Shown: piece by piece, positions 21,449-31,097 of the stretch
Position numbering within the stretch: the first letter of the stretch is position 1
Layout of the letters: every line of letters begins with the position of its first letter
Source: a phage
DNA: 64,000 nt
Reading direction: 5' to 3' (one strand)
NCBI GenBank assembly: GCA_033648345.1
Contig: GCA_033648345.1_4121.1
Program-made: the position numbers and the translations under genes
Notes under the pieces: generated by a model
The model's input: only the letters and a program-made list of their open reading frames with translations
Databases searched by the model: none
Told to the model about the DNA's origin: nothing

Positions 21449-21780
21449 GCAAAGACAGCAAAGAATTTATAGTACGTTGTAGTTGTGGCGATAATACGGA
21501 ACATTGTGTTCACATTTCACAATTTGACTTGACACAAGAACATGGAGATGATAAACTTGGTCAATGTCTAGTGAGTATGCGTTTGAATCCTTTCTTAAAA
21601 TGGTACAAACGCGTATGGGTTGCATTGAAGTATATTTTCGGCGTAAACGACTTTCAATACAAAGAAGCAATGATTGATGTTGACATTCTGAAAGAAGTTG
21701 TGTTACAATTAGAAGATACCCGCTCCGATGAGGTAAAGAAAGAAGAAAGAGATAAACGTACTGATGTGAAGGTTTTATGA
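21445..21780 (+). CDS. hypothetical protein
   Basis: 111-aa ORF. Confidence 0.4.
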   Translation: MSKDSKEFIVRCSCGDNTEHCVHISQFDLTQEHGDDKLGQCLVSMRLNPFLKWYKRVWVALKYIFGVNDFQYKEAMIDVDILKEVVLQLEDTRSDEVKKEERDKRTDVKVL

Positions 21781-21971
21781 GTACTGAACTTTATGAAAAA
21801 AAGTACTGTACAAATTGTTCAACCGAGTATACAATACAGGGTATGTTGATTTGTACAATATGCCAATCAAAACAGGCTGCCACTTTTATCGTTGATGATA
21901 GATTTGGTGATTTAAAACAGTTTAAAGCAAACCGTAATCTTCGTAACTTTAGCAATCTATATAAGGAATAA
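21777..21971 (+). CDS. hypothetical zinc-ribbon protein
   Basis: CTNCS...CTICQ. Confidence 0.4.
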   Translation: MSTELYEKKYCTNCSTEYTIQGMLICTICQSKQAATFIVDDRFGDLKQFKANRNLRNFSNLYKE

Positions 21972-21974
21972 CAC

Positions 21975-22403
21975 ATGAATATCGAACAAACTATCCGTAA
22001 CCACTCTTTCTTCGCTGCTGAAACTGGTCGTGTAATCGAGAGCGTCAAAATTGAAGAACTGATGATTAACGTTAAATATAAAGAACTGAATGATGAGATT
22101 AGCAGCACCATTTGTGCACTACGTGCTCCATTCCGTTCTGAAGCAGCTAAGAAACCTGCCTATGTACTGGCGATTGCATTGGGTTGTGTAGTGAAATTGG
22201 TCGTTGATGAAAATCAACTAAATATCAAAGTTGCTCCAACCAACGATGAAGAAAACATCGACCTGAACTTTGAAGGTAATCTGGCTGAAGACGTATTCTT
22301 CCAACAATCACTGGTTTATGATTTCCGTACTGTAACTCATGACCACATCAACTTTGTCAATGAGATGGTTGACATTGTAGCTGAATACGAAGCTTCCCTA
22401 TAA
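21975..22403 (+). CDS. FQxS-module family protein (paralog family, see findings)
   Basis: C-terminal AEDVFFQQSLV. Confidence 0.5.
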   Translation: MNIEQTIRNHSFFAAETGRVIESVKIEELMINVKYKELNDEISSTICALRAPFRSEAAKKPAYVLAIALGCVVKLVVDENQLNIKVAPTNDEENIDLNFEGNLAEDVFFQQSLVYDFRTVTHDHINFVNEMVDIVAEYEASL

Positions 22404-22416
22404 TTAGATTAACAAA

Positions 22417-22438
22417 AGCCTCCGTAATGGGGGCTTTT
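22417..22438 (+). terminator. rho-independent terminator
   Basis: agcctcc-gtaat-gggggct hairpin then TTTT. Confidence 0.55.
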
Positions 22439-22458
22439 CCAACATAAGGATATGAATA

Positions 22459-23010
22459 ATGATTGACCAAATTAAAATCCTAACTGAACAAATCACTGAT
22501 TTTCTAGCAGATAAAGATGGATTCAGTACTGAAGTTAAAATGCATGGTGTTAGTCTCGATGTAACTGCACCAAATGGCGAAACAACCAATTATGATATGT
22601 ATGAAATCCTACTTTATACATTGGCTGTTCGTAAACTTGGTAGTGATATTGAACTAAACATTAACAAAACCGAGAACGGTGACCAAGTGTTTGCAATTAA
22701 CACTGGTGCACAAATGGACGTAGTAGCTGAAATCAACAAGATCAACCAATCTTTTGTGGGTTTCAAGCATGATACAATCCAATCTGTGTTCCTGGGTAAA
22801 CAAACCGGAAACAGCCACTGTCCTTATTGTGTAATGACAACCTATAAGAATGGTAACTGGATGCGTCAGGATCTAGTGCTTGCTGAAATGCTTTATGCAA
22901 TCACACACGGCCTAGAACTTGAACTTGATGATAGCGTGTACTGTTTCAAGAAAATCCGTAAACTTTCTGGTGATATACAAGCTCAATTAAAAGAATTAAA
23001 TGATAAATAA
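22459..23010 (+). CDS. hypothetical protein
   Basis: 183-aa ORF. Confidence 0.5.
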   Translation: MIDQIKILTEQITDFLADKDGFSTEVKMHGVSLDVTAPNGETTNYDMYEILLYTLAVRKLGSDIELNINKTENGDQVFAINTGAQMDVVAEINKINQSFVGFKHDTIQSVFLGKQTGNSHCPYCVMTTYKNGNWMRQDLVLAEMLYAITHGLELELDDSVYCFKKIRKLSGDIQAQLKELNDK

Positions 23011-23122
23011 TTATACCAGTAATGGTTAACATTATCATGTTACTTTCCTCCCTTACATAATAATGATGCGTTATTATTTTATTGTATTATTCCCCTTTTT
23101 CGTACAAAATCTTTTTCGTACT

Positions 23123-23146
23123 GCCCCGACCTTCGGGGCATTTTTC
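23123..23146 (+). terminator. rho-independent terminator
   Basis: gccccg-acctt-cggggc hairpin then ATTTTTC. Confidence 0.6.
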
Positions 23147-23167
23147 TTGTCTAAATTTTGAGGTTCT

Positions 23168-23563
23168 ATGAATAATACTATTGGTAGTACAATATCTAAA
23201 CCACTCTCTTATTACCTTGAAAAATTCAGAAGTACAAATGGTAAAAAATTTAATGGTATATACCAATTCTCACATAAAGAATATATCACAGTTGATTGTT
23301 ATTCAAATAAACTTATGTACGTAGATGATACTGAATACTGTATGAAATTGTCATTGGATGTAGAATTAGATAAGTTAACATTTATTGAATATACATCCAA
23401 AAGAACATCATTTCTTGGGAAATGTAATCGAAAAGTATATAAAAATATTTCAATGTACTTAAATGAAGATTACCACTTCCAACAAACAACGATTGAAGAT
23501 GTTCTATTCAGTACTGAAGAATTGAAAGAACTATATTATTGGTATAAGAAATTTACAACTTGA
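23168..23563 (+). CDS. FQxS-module family protein
   Basis: C-terminal EDYHFQQTTI. Confidence 0.5.
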   Translation: MNNTIGSTISKPLSYYLEKFRSTNGKKFNGIYQFSHKEYITVDCYSNKLMYVDDTEYCMKLSLDVELDKLTFIEYTSKRTSFLGKCNRKVYKNISMYLNEDYHFQQTTIEDVLFSTEELKELYYWYKKFTT

Positions 23564-23618
23564 CATTATCGTGGATTTATCCTACACTGTAAGATAATGA
23601 TGAATAGAGGATAAATTT

Positions 23619-24029
23619 ATGAGTTTAGATTTACACAATGAACTAAAATATTATTTCGATTTGGATATATCACATTTGAACCAACACGTCAATTATATGA
23701 CTAGTACTATTTGGTGGTCTGATGAGTTTGATGAACCAAAAATCCAACTTTGTGGTGATTTGTCCGTTTTGAGGTTGTATGCCCTTGATTCGGAAATGAA
23801 TATCAAGATCACATACATACCATACACAAACAAACTTATTGTAAACACCCTAAACCCAGTTACAGTATTGAAAATTTCTGATTTGGACACGATACAGTCA
23901 GATGAATCACTATTCCAACGTTCTTTGATTGATGATATGGGTGGTATTTTATATGAAGATATTGTACAATTGAAGAAGATGTATAGTGAATTGTTAGAAA
24001 TTAAAAACACAGTAATTGTGGGGAGTTGA
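23619..24029 (+). CDS. FQxS-module family protein
   Basis: C-terminal DESLFQRSLIDDMGGILYEDIVQL. Confidence 0.5.
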   Translation: MSLDLHNELKYYFDLDISHLNQHVNYMTSTIWWSDEFDEPKIQLCGDLSVLRLYALDSEMNIKITYIPYTNKLIVNTLNPVTVLKISDLDTIQSDESLFQRSLIDDMGGILYEDIVQLKKMYSELLEIKNTVIVGS

Positions 24030-24030
24030 T

Positions 24031-24435
24031 ATGGTAAGTTTACTTGATATTGATAATACCAGTCTAGTACTGGCAAAAAAAGGTGTAATTCCCAATTCTA
24101 CAAAAATTGATTATGCAGTTATTGAAACAAATATTGGAAATATCTGGTATGACTCCGAAAGGGATATTGTGATTAGCTGCGTAGACAGTGACCGTGCTGA
24201 GTGTTGTAGGGTTGGTCATGACGGGCAATTTATTTTCGAATTCCGTTACTGGAAAGATGCTAAATTCCATCATGAGCATGTTTCAATTACAGGTGTGTAT
24301 TGCACCGAAGAATCGTTCTTCATGAATAGTACTGTTAATGATTTTGGTTCAGTTACATTTGAGTACTATAAAAAAGTATACAACGTATCCAGAGAAGTAA
24401 TGCGAATCATCAGAAATGCTGAGGGTCAAGATTAA
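24031..24435 (+). CDS. FQxS-module family protein
   Basis: C-terminal TEESFFMNSTV; start set at ATG after GGGGAG RBS (ORF track begins at a TTG 15 nt upstream). Confidence 0.45.
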   Translation: MVSLLDIDNTSLVLAKKGVIPNSTKIDYAVIETNIGNIWYDSERDIVISCVDSDRAECCRVGHDGQFIFEFRYWKDAKFHHEHVSITGVYCTEESFFMNSTVNDFGSVTFEYYKKVYNVSREVMRIIRNAEGQD

Positions 24436-24811
24436 CATGACTACTATATATGACATTCTAGGTGACTTGAATAAAAATATAGATAATGATTTTGTTATTG
24501 TTGGAACTACACAAAATATAATTCATCTTCCATTGGGTACACCAGATAGGTTAATTTTTAATATATACGGAAAAACACTGACATACCTACACAATGGTAT
24601 GGTTATATTGGTACTTGATATTAAAGAAAATACAATACGATATGCATATGACTTCAACGTTTATTGGTCAAGAACCCATAGTATTGATATTGAGGAAGAT
24701 GAACTATTTCAATTGTCGTTAATCGAGAAAAATGTAATAGGAGTTACCGAAATTGGCATTGTTAAAAAAGCATTAGAATATGTAAATAGCAAATTAAATG
24801 GTGAGCTATGA
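24416..24811 (+). CDS. FQxS-module family protein
   Basis: C-terminal EDELFQLSLI. Confidence 0.5.
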   Translation: MLRVKINMTTIYDILGDLNKNIDNDFVIVGTTQNIIHLPLGTPDRLIFNIYGKTLTYLHNGMVILVLDIKENTIRYAYDFNVYWSRTHSIDIEEDELFQLSLIEKNVIGVTEIGIVKKALEYVNSKLNGEL

Positions 24812-25263
24812 TGAAAATTGATGAAATAAAAAATCATTTTGAAATTGCATTGTCTTGTAAATTTGATGGCTCTTATGTTCCTGATCCAGAAGAGATAATT
24901 AGAATTTCCACATCGTTTTCGGAAGAGTACAATGTTCTTATTGAGAAAACATATGACAGTACTGAACTCGCATTTTACAATAAGAATTCACGAACAACAA
25001 CATTTATATTATTATATAACACAACATCGGATATAATAGAAATTATAACATGTAAAACAAGCAAAGATATACATTATGAGACTATCTCAAATGTGAGTTA
25101 TTGCTCAACTGAAGAAGGATACTTTCAGGAATCTCTTGTTAAAAATTTAACAGTTAGTTATTCTGATTTAAGCACTATAATCAATTGTGTTGAAAAGCTA
25201 AATGATTTCGTTCTATCTATGTTTGATATCACAGAGCAAAACCCGAAGGTAATCAAATGCTAA
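24808..25263 (+). CDS. FQxS-module family protein
   Basis: C-terminal TEEGYFQESLV. Confidence 0.5.
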   Translation: MMKIDEIKNHFEIALSCKFDGSYVPDPEEIIRISTSFSEEYNVLIEKTYDSTELAFYNKNSRTTTFILLYNTTSDIIEIITCKTSKDIHYETISNVSYCSTEEGYFQESLVKNLTVSYSDLSTIINCVEKLNDFVLSMFDITEQNPKVIKC

Positions 25264-25712
25264 ATCCAGGACAGTTTTTTCATTTACTTGGTATTACACC
25301 TATACCGGATTTAATCAGTGAAACGAACCAATATCGTGATATAGGAATTGTATCTATGGAATACGATTCACCTGACTTTAAATGTTACGTTACATATGAT
25401 TTGGTAGCCTATGAGTCAGAAACTGAGATAAAAAAACCATCATACATTTTTGTGTTCATATATAATGATTATAGTGGTGATCTACTCAATGATGTTCATA
25501 TTGACACATTTGAAATATGTGATAATATTATATCAGATGATTCATCATGTACATTTGATTTATCAGAAAACAGTACTGAAGAGGCACTTTTTCAGTTGAG
25601 TACAGTTAGTAACACTGTACTAACTCTTGATGACATTGAGAAATTTAAAGAACAGCTTGACGCAGTACGTGAGATGTTCTATAATCATTATCCAGAAATC
25701 GAGTTCAATTAA
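25257..25712 (+). CDS. FQxS-module family protein
   Basis: C-terminal TEEALFQLSTV. Confidence 0.5.
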   Translation: MLNPGQFFHLLGITPIPDLISETNQYRDIGIVSMEYDSPDFKCYVTYDLVAYESETEIKKPSYIFVFIYNDYSGDLLNDVHIDTFEICDNIISDDSSCTFDLSENSTEEALFQLSTVSNTVLTLDDIEKFKEQLDAVREMFYNHYPEIEFN

Positions 25713-25726
25713 CTAAAGGTATCAAA

Positions 25727-25987
25727 ATGACTAAAGTAGTTCGTAAACGCCACATGATGAACATGGATGAATTTCGCACCTTTGACAAATACCGTACTAT
25801 GTTTCGTATGCTGTCACAGGGCCGTCCAATCGTCATTGTAACGGAGAATTACATGTCACCTGAGATGATGTTCGGTAATTATGAAAAGGTCTTCATGTTG
25901 TACGTGAAGCGTGAATTGCTAACGATTAAGACCTTAGCTGAAGCTACAGATGAAGATATGGATGGTGATAATACATTTACCATGTGA
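25727..25987 (+). CDS. hypothetical protein
   Basis: 86-aa ORF. Confidence 0.4.
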   Translation: MTKVVRKRHMMNMDEFRTFDKYRTMFRMLSQGRPIVIVTENYMSPEMMFGNYEKVFMLYVKRELLTIKTLAEATDEDMDGDNTFTM

Positions 25988-26065
25988 GGAAATATATGAC
26001 AGAAAAACCAAAAGAACCATTGGACCGTGATGATGATTTTTACGACGAACGATATGGGGAATCAG

Positions 26066-26317
26066 ATGAGTGAACATCGTGCAGTACTTAAAAAGATTTT
26101 AAATGAACTTGGTGATGAGTTTAATGTTACTGAAGAAGAATATCAATGTTGGAAGAAGGATTTCGAACTCCTTGCTGAGTATGATAAAGTCTTCAATATG
26201 ATTGGTGTCATTAGCCAGTACTTACTTGGTGGAGGACGTGCAAGTGCTTCAATTCTGGCATCTGCAATCATCTGTACATCACGATGGTGTGATGAAAAAA
26301 GTTTGGAAGATTTCTAA
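26066..26317 (+). CDS. hypothetical protein
   Basis: Start set at MSEHRAV after GGGGAA RBS; ORF-track start 26027 is less likely. Confidence 0.4.
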   Translation: MSEHRAVLKKILNELGDEFNVTEEEYQCWKKDFELLAEYDKVFNMIGVISQYLLGGGRASASILASAIICTSRWCDEKSLEDF

Positions 26318-26369
26318 ATAAGATGCTATAATATATCAGAGTACCTTAACAATATAAAAAGGATTTTAT

Positions 26370-28250
26370 ATGAAACCTATCCGAGTACTATCTCTTTTTA
26401 ATGGAATGAGTGTAGGATACATGGCATTAAAAGATGCTGGTATCCCTGTTGAAAAATATTATTCATCCGAAATTGACAAATTTGCTATAGCTGAATCCCA
26501 AGCTAACTTCCCCGATATAATCCAATTGGGTGATGTAACTAGATGGAGAGAATGGGATATTGAATGGGATAAGATAGATCTACTGATGGGTGGTTTTCCA
26601 TGCTTCCCAGCAGGAACTATGATAATGACAAATAAAGGTCATAAAGATATAAAAGATATAAAAATTGGTGATATGGTTCTTACACACACTGGACAGTACC
26701 AAAAAGTATTGAGTACTGGTGTTAAAAAGGCTCCCACTCGTATTATTACAGGTCAAGGTCACCTTCCAATTGAGTGTACCGATAATCATCCATTTTGGAG
26801 TAGGGAACGTCTAGCCAATAAATGGAATAATCAACGCCGAAGATATGATTCTGTGTTTTCTGAACCGCAATGGGTAAATGCTATAGATCTTACTAAACAA
26901 AGTTATATTTGTAATGTTAAAAATATTACACATAATACAGTAAGTGATAAAGATGAAAAATATTGGTATTTTGTTGGTCGTTTTATGGGTGATGGATGTG
27001 CTAGTGTATCTAATAACAAATACAGTATTACTATTGTAGATTCATTAGATAAAGTTGATGAATTGAAAAAATGTTTTGATGATTTTGGATACAAATACAC
27101 ATTAGCTATTAAAGATAATCATGTAAGATGTGATATATATAGCAAAAAGCTTTATGATGAATTAATATGTATTGGGCATAAATCACAAAACAAATGTTTA
27201 CCACCTGAAATATTCAATGAAACTATCAATAACAAAGAAGCATTTATTAAAGGATACATGGATGCAGATGGTTGTGAGGATAAACACAATAAAAAATACA
27301 AATTTACCACCACAAGTTATAAAATAGTTCTTGGTATGCAACAGTTAATCTTAGATACTTATCAACGTCATTGTACTATTAGTCAAACTGTTCCAAAAAC
27401 AAAAAAATATATAAAAAATAAGTTGGTTAATCAGCTTCCGTATTGGAATGTTCATTTTAGCTATAATAAAATTAAAAGAGATGATGTAATATATGATGAA
27501 ATTTATATATGGAATCGTGGTGTAAAAAGTAATGTACCAACCGGAGAATGGAAAACCGTTTACAATATTGAAGTTGCAGTAGATAACACATATACGGCGA
27601 ACAATATTGTAGTTCATAACTGCCAAGCGTGGTCAGTTGCAGGTAAACAGGGTGGAATAAATGATCCTCGTGGTATGTTATTCCATACAATGGTTGATAT
27701 TTACCAGCACATAAAAAGTCTCAATCCAGACTTGAAAGTACTGTTCGAGAATGTTAAAATGAAAGAAGATTTCAAGCAATACATTAATAGTGTTCTTGAG
27801 ATGACACCAGTACTGATAAATTCCCAGCATTATACGCCTCACTTCAGGCAGAGATATTACTGGTACAGTACTGATAAACTTTTTATACCACCTGCATTAT
27901 CAAATGCACCTAAACTTCAAGATATTATTGAAGATGGTTGGTACACTGACAGAACCGCTTCGTACTGTATAGATGCTAACTATTTTAAGGGTGGTGATTG
28001 TAACCAGTACTTTAATAAATCAAGAAGACAAATTGTTTTCAAAGAACCTGATATCGATAGGGATTTCCTTATTGAACATGGTAAGCGAAATGTGGACTAT
28101 CGTCATTTAACAGTACAAGAGTGTTGCATGTTGCAAGGAATTGATGTAAACTACTTCAAAGTTAGTAGTTCAACACAAGCATACAAAATGCTTGGGAATG
28201 GATGGACTATGCCAGTTATATCACACTTATTAAGAGAGATATTCTTTTGA
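26370..28250 (+). CDS. DNA (cytosine-5)-methyltransferase (Dcm-type) interrupted by an in-frame intein
   Basis: Motif I LSLFNGMSVG; extein junction reconstitutes motif IV GGFP-C-QAWSVAGK; motif VI LFENV; motif X MLGNGWTMPV. Confidence 0.85.
   Translation: MKPIRVLSLFNGMSVGYMALKDAGIPVEKYYSSEIDKFAIAESQANFPDIIQLGDVTRWREWDIEWDKIDLLMGGFPCFPAGTMIMTNKGHKDIKDIKIGDMVLTHTGQYQKVLSTGVKKAPTRIITGQGHLPIECTDNHPFWSRERLANKWNNQRRRYDSVFSEPQWVNAIDLTKQSYICNVKNITHNTVSDKDEKYWYFVGRFMGDGCASVSNNKYSITIVDSLDKVDELKKCFDDFGYKYTLAIKDNHVRCDIYSKKLYDELICIGHKSQNKCLPPEIFNETINNKEAFIKGYMDADGCEDKHNKKYKFTTTSYKIVLGMQQLILDTYQRHCTISQTVPKTKKYIKNKLVNQLPYWNVHFSYNKIKRDDVIYDEIYIWNRGVKSNVPTGEWKTVYNIEVAVDNTYTANNIVVHNCQAWSVAGKQGGINDPRGMLFHTMVDIYQHIKSLNPDLKVLFENVKMKEDFKQYINSVLEMTPVLINSQHYTPHFRQRYYWYSTDKLFIPPALSNAPKLQDIIEDGWYTDRTASYCIDANYFKGGDCNQYFNKSRRQIVFKEPDIDRDFLIEHGKRNVDYRHLTVQECCMLQGIDVNYFKVSSSTQAYKMLGNGWTMPVISHLLREIFF
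26601..27620 (+). mobile_element. intein (340 aa) with LAGLIDADG homing-endonuclease domain, inserted at the catalytic Cys of the methyltransferase
   Basis: Begins CFPAGT (block A), TDNH (block B), two LAGLIDADG-like blocks (YFVGRFMGDGCA; FIKGYMDADGCE), ends VVHN followed by +1 Cys. Confidence 0.8.
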
Positions 28251-28252
28251 AC

Positions 28253-28732
28253 ATGAAGAACTACCCCACCTATACTGAACGTGTAATGAAATTTCAACGT
28301 CAGTCATCAAAGGAAGAATTAGAATTTAATTTGTACTATCCTAATATTGGTGATGAGGTATTCTATTGTTCTCATACAAAGAATGGAACTTTACTTAAAT
28401 CTGGTAAAGGTATTATTGTTGATATGATTAGAACTTTCAAAGGTAAACTTAATGTAATGTACAAAGTACAAGATTCAAGTACTGAGTGCATTCATGAAGT
28501 GATGCATAATATACCTGCATATCCAAAGGATTTTGTTGAGCTAATATCTCGAAGGGAGAAACCTATGTTTTATTGTGGTTATGACAAACTAACCAAACAA
28601 ATTATTCCTAATACTATGGGAAAATTTAAAAGTGATGTTAAAACTGAACTTAATAAGAAATTAGGTTCATCATGGGAAACTGAAAACGAATTCATCGAAA
28701 TTCGTTTGATTGAAGTAACTATACTCGATTAA
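28253..28732 (+). CDS. hypothetical protein
   Basis: Start at ATG immediately after methyltransferase stop (MKNYPTYTE...). Confidence 0.45.
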   Translation: MKNYPTYTERVMKFQRQSSKEELEFNLYYPNIGDEVFYCSHTKNGTLLKSGKGIIVDMIRTFKGKLNVMYKVQDSSTECIHEVMHNIPAYPKDFVELISRREKPMFYCGYDKLTKQIIPNTMGKFKSDVKTELNKKLGSSWETENEFIEIRLIEVTILD

Positions 28733-28738
28733 TTACAG

Positions 28739-28762
28739 ATCCACGCTATGCGTGGATTTTTC
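28739..28762 (+). terminator. rho-independent terminator
   Basis: atccacgc-tat-gcgtggat hairpin then TTTTTC. Confidence 0.6.
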
Positions 28763-28776
28763 ATAGGTGCATATAT

Positions 28777-29289
28777 ATGACAGTTCCTTATGTTAAAATT
28801 ATTAATAATATCCTTGATTCGTGGGAAGATGTTATTACTGGTAAAAAGAACCCAATGCCAGTACACGCACTAACCGGAAGACTACAATTCAGAATGTCAA
28901 ACCAAACTGAAACTTTTAATAATCATGATGTTCACATTACTATAACACCTGTACGTATTGTAATTAAAAAAAATCAAGATGATGAATTGACATTATCTAT
29001 TGGTAGTGATAAAATCATTTTAAGTAATTTATCCGAAGAAGAATTCTTTCAACGAAGTACTATCATCGACATGAAAGATTTCACATATGAATCATTGGTT
29101 GAACTCAATACACGTTTCAACGATATTCAGGAACGATTGCGACCAATCCTCCGTAAAGAAGAGGAAGCCTGGAATGAAAGTGTGAGAAAAATGCAAGAAA
29201 TGTTGAAAGAAAATATTAACAATCTGGGTAAAGCTACAATGGAATTTGGTAAATCTTTTAAACTGAACTTTTCAAAGGATCGTAAATGA
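28777..29289 (+). CDS. FQxS-module family protein
   Basis: SEEEFFQRSTI. Confidence 0.5.
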   Translation: MTVPYVKIINNILDSWEDVITGKKNPMPVHALTGRLQFRMSNQTETFNNHDVHITITPVRIVIKKNQDDELTLSIGSDKIILSNLSEEEFFQRSTIIDMKDFTYESLVELNTRFNDIQERLRPILRKEEEAWNESVRKMQEMLKENINNLGKATMEFGKSFKLNFSKDRK

Positions 29290-29741
29290 AAATTGATAAT
29301 TTGATTCATGTCTTAGGGACTTTACATAAAATATTATTACATCTTAACGAGATGAATAAACTAGGTTATAATGTCCATAATGTATTTGAACCTACATTTA
29401 AATATAACTCAATCACTGGAGATGGTAATTACATAATCGAATATACATATGAAACTGATCCAGACTTCTATCCTCTTACGTTGCGAATTTATCCAACAAG
29501 TCCGATAGGCATTCACGATATATCATCAATTTCACTTGATCCAGATGGTGAAACGAGTATTGAATACAATAATGATTCAAAACCAGAATTTTACATTGAT
29601 GATATTAAAAAGTTGTTCAATGATGAATATGTTTTCCAACAAAGTACTGTGCATGATGTTGGTAGTACTAATGGGCAATTTTGGAATACATGTTATTATC
29701 ATATGATTGAAATTTGTAAATTACTAAAAGGTGTTGAATAA
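29286..29741 (+). CDS. FQxS-module family protein
   Basis: DEYVFQQSTV. Confidence 0.5.
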   Translation: MKIDNLIHVLGTLHKILLHLNEMNKLGYNVHNVFEPTFKYNSITGDGNYIIEYTYETDPDFYPLTLRIYPTSPIGIHDISSISLDPDGETSIEYNNDSKPEFYIDDIKKLFNDEYVFQQSTVHDVGSTNGQFWNTCYYHMIEICKLLKGVE

Positions 29742-30124
29742 TGAAATACTGCATTGAAGTACATTACACTACAGGTGATACTGAAAATTGTTATGACGTT
29801 CTTAATACAATTGATATTCAATGGTCTTCTAAAGAGGAAGCAGTTGCTGCTTTACAGTGCCTAAAAGAGCATTGGGTGTTTTATATGAAGCAAGATAATT
29901 GCTATACAAAAGAACACGAAACCATCGTCGAAAATGCTAAACAAAAAGAGTGGTTTGACCCAATATCACCAGCATATTCATTCTTGGTTAAAGTTGGTGA
30001 TGTGACAGTTCCATTACGAACACCGTGGAACGGCTACTTTGAAACTCTTCATAATGCACGAGTTGTCGCTGTTGATAACCCTGAACAAATCGATTTCGAT
30101 TCATTGGACTGGAAAAAACTATGA
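29741..30124 (+). CDS. hypothetical protein
   Basis: 127-aa ORF. Confidence 0.45.
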   Translation: MKYCIEVHYTTGDTENCYDVLNTIDIQWSSKEEAVAALQCLKEHWVFYMKQDNCYTKEHETIVENAKQKEWFDPISPAYSFLVKVGDVTVPLRTPWNGYFETLHNARVVAVDNPEQIDFDSLDWKKL

Positions 30125-30564
30125 CAGTACTGCACCGATTGAAGAAGGTTAAGCATCCAGTTGTATATGAGGACTGGAAACGACAGAAGTTGCTGGGTGA
30201 TTTTTATTACCCAAAATCTAAAGTTCTTGCGAATTCAAGATGTACATATTGCACACATAATGATAAAGATACAGTATTTGTTGAAATGGGTTTCCATCCA
30301 TCGAACACAATGTTCACTACTAACCAAACGTTTTACAAATTTCATATACAAAAAGATTCATTTACTGTTATGATTATAAAACATTTAGTTGAAGATCTGG
30401 CATTCAGTGAAGAACGAGTACCTTTATCATTAGTGGATATTCCTTATAATAATTTAGAGGAAATGTACTTCCAACAGTTGACAGTACAAGAAAACTTTGG
30501 TATGATAGGACTTCAAGAGTTAGAGATGATTAAGCAAATTCGTGATATCTACTTTAAGGAGTAA
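30121..30564 (+). CDS. FQxS-module family protein
   Basis: EEMYFQQLTV. Confidence 0.5.
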   Translation: MTVLHRLKKVKHPVVYEDWKRQKLLGDFYYPKSKVLANSRCTYCTHNDKDTVFVEMGFHPSNTMFTTNQTFYKFHIQKDSFTVMIIKHLVEDLAFSEERVPLSLVDIPYNNLEEMYFQQLTVQENFGMIGLQELEMIKQIRDIYFKE

Positions 30565-31097
30565 CTATGCCAGTACGTAACAGTACTTCACGCTTTACGC
30601 TTCAACAGAAAGCAGATCTTTTGAATATGGCAAACAAAGATTCTAATTTTCACTATCTAGTACTCGGTGGTTCAGTTGAAAAGATTGACCTACGTGAGTG
30701 TATGAAATAACAAAAAGGGGACTAAAATGAGTCTACGTGAATCATGGGAACAATTTAAAGAAGAGATTGGTTATCGTGGTGTCAAAATCGAACCAATCAA
30801 TCGCACCGAAAGCATCAAAGCTAGTACTAATGGCACTACCTATGATCGTTATGATGAAAAGTATGGTTTACATTCTAAACCAAAGGATACTGAGTAATGG
30901 TGTATACTAATATTTTTACTGGTATTATGCGTAAGTTTGTTAATGGTACTGGATATGTATCCAATGACAACGGTAGTACATGGGTTAAAAATAATACGTC
31001 CGAATCTTTAGTGAAAAGTCTTCCGTATTATAAAGCTTGACACATGAAAATGGAGTATGTATAATACTCCTATATTAATCAAATGAGGATATACGAA

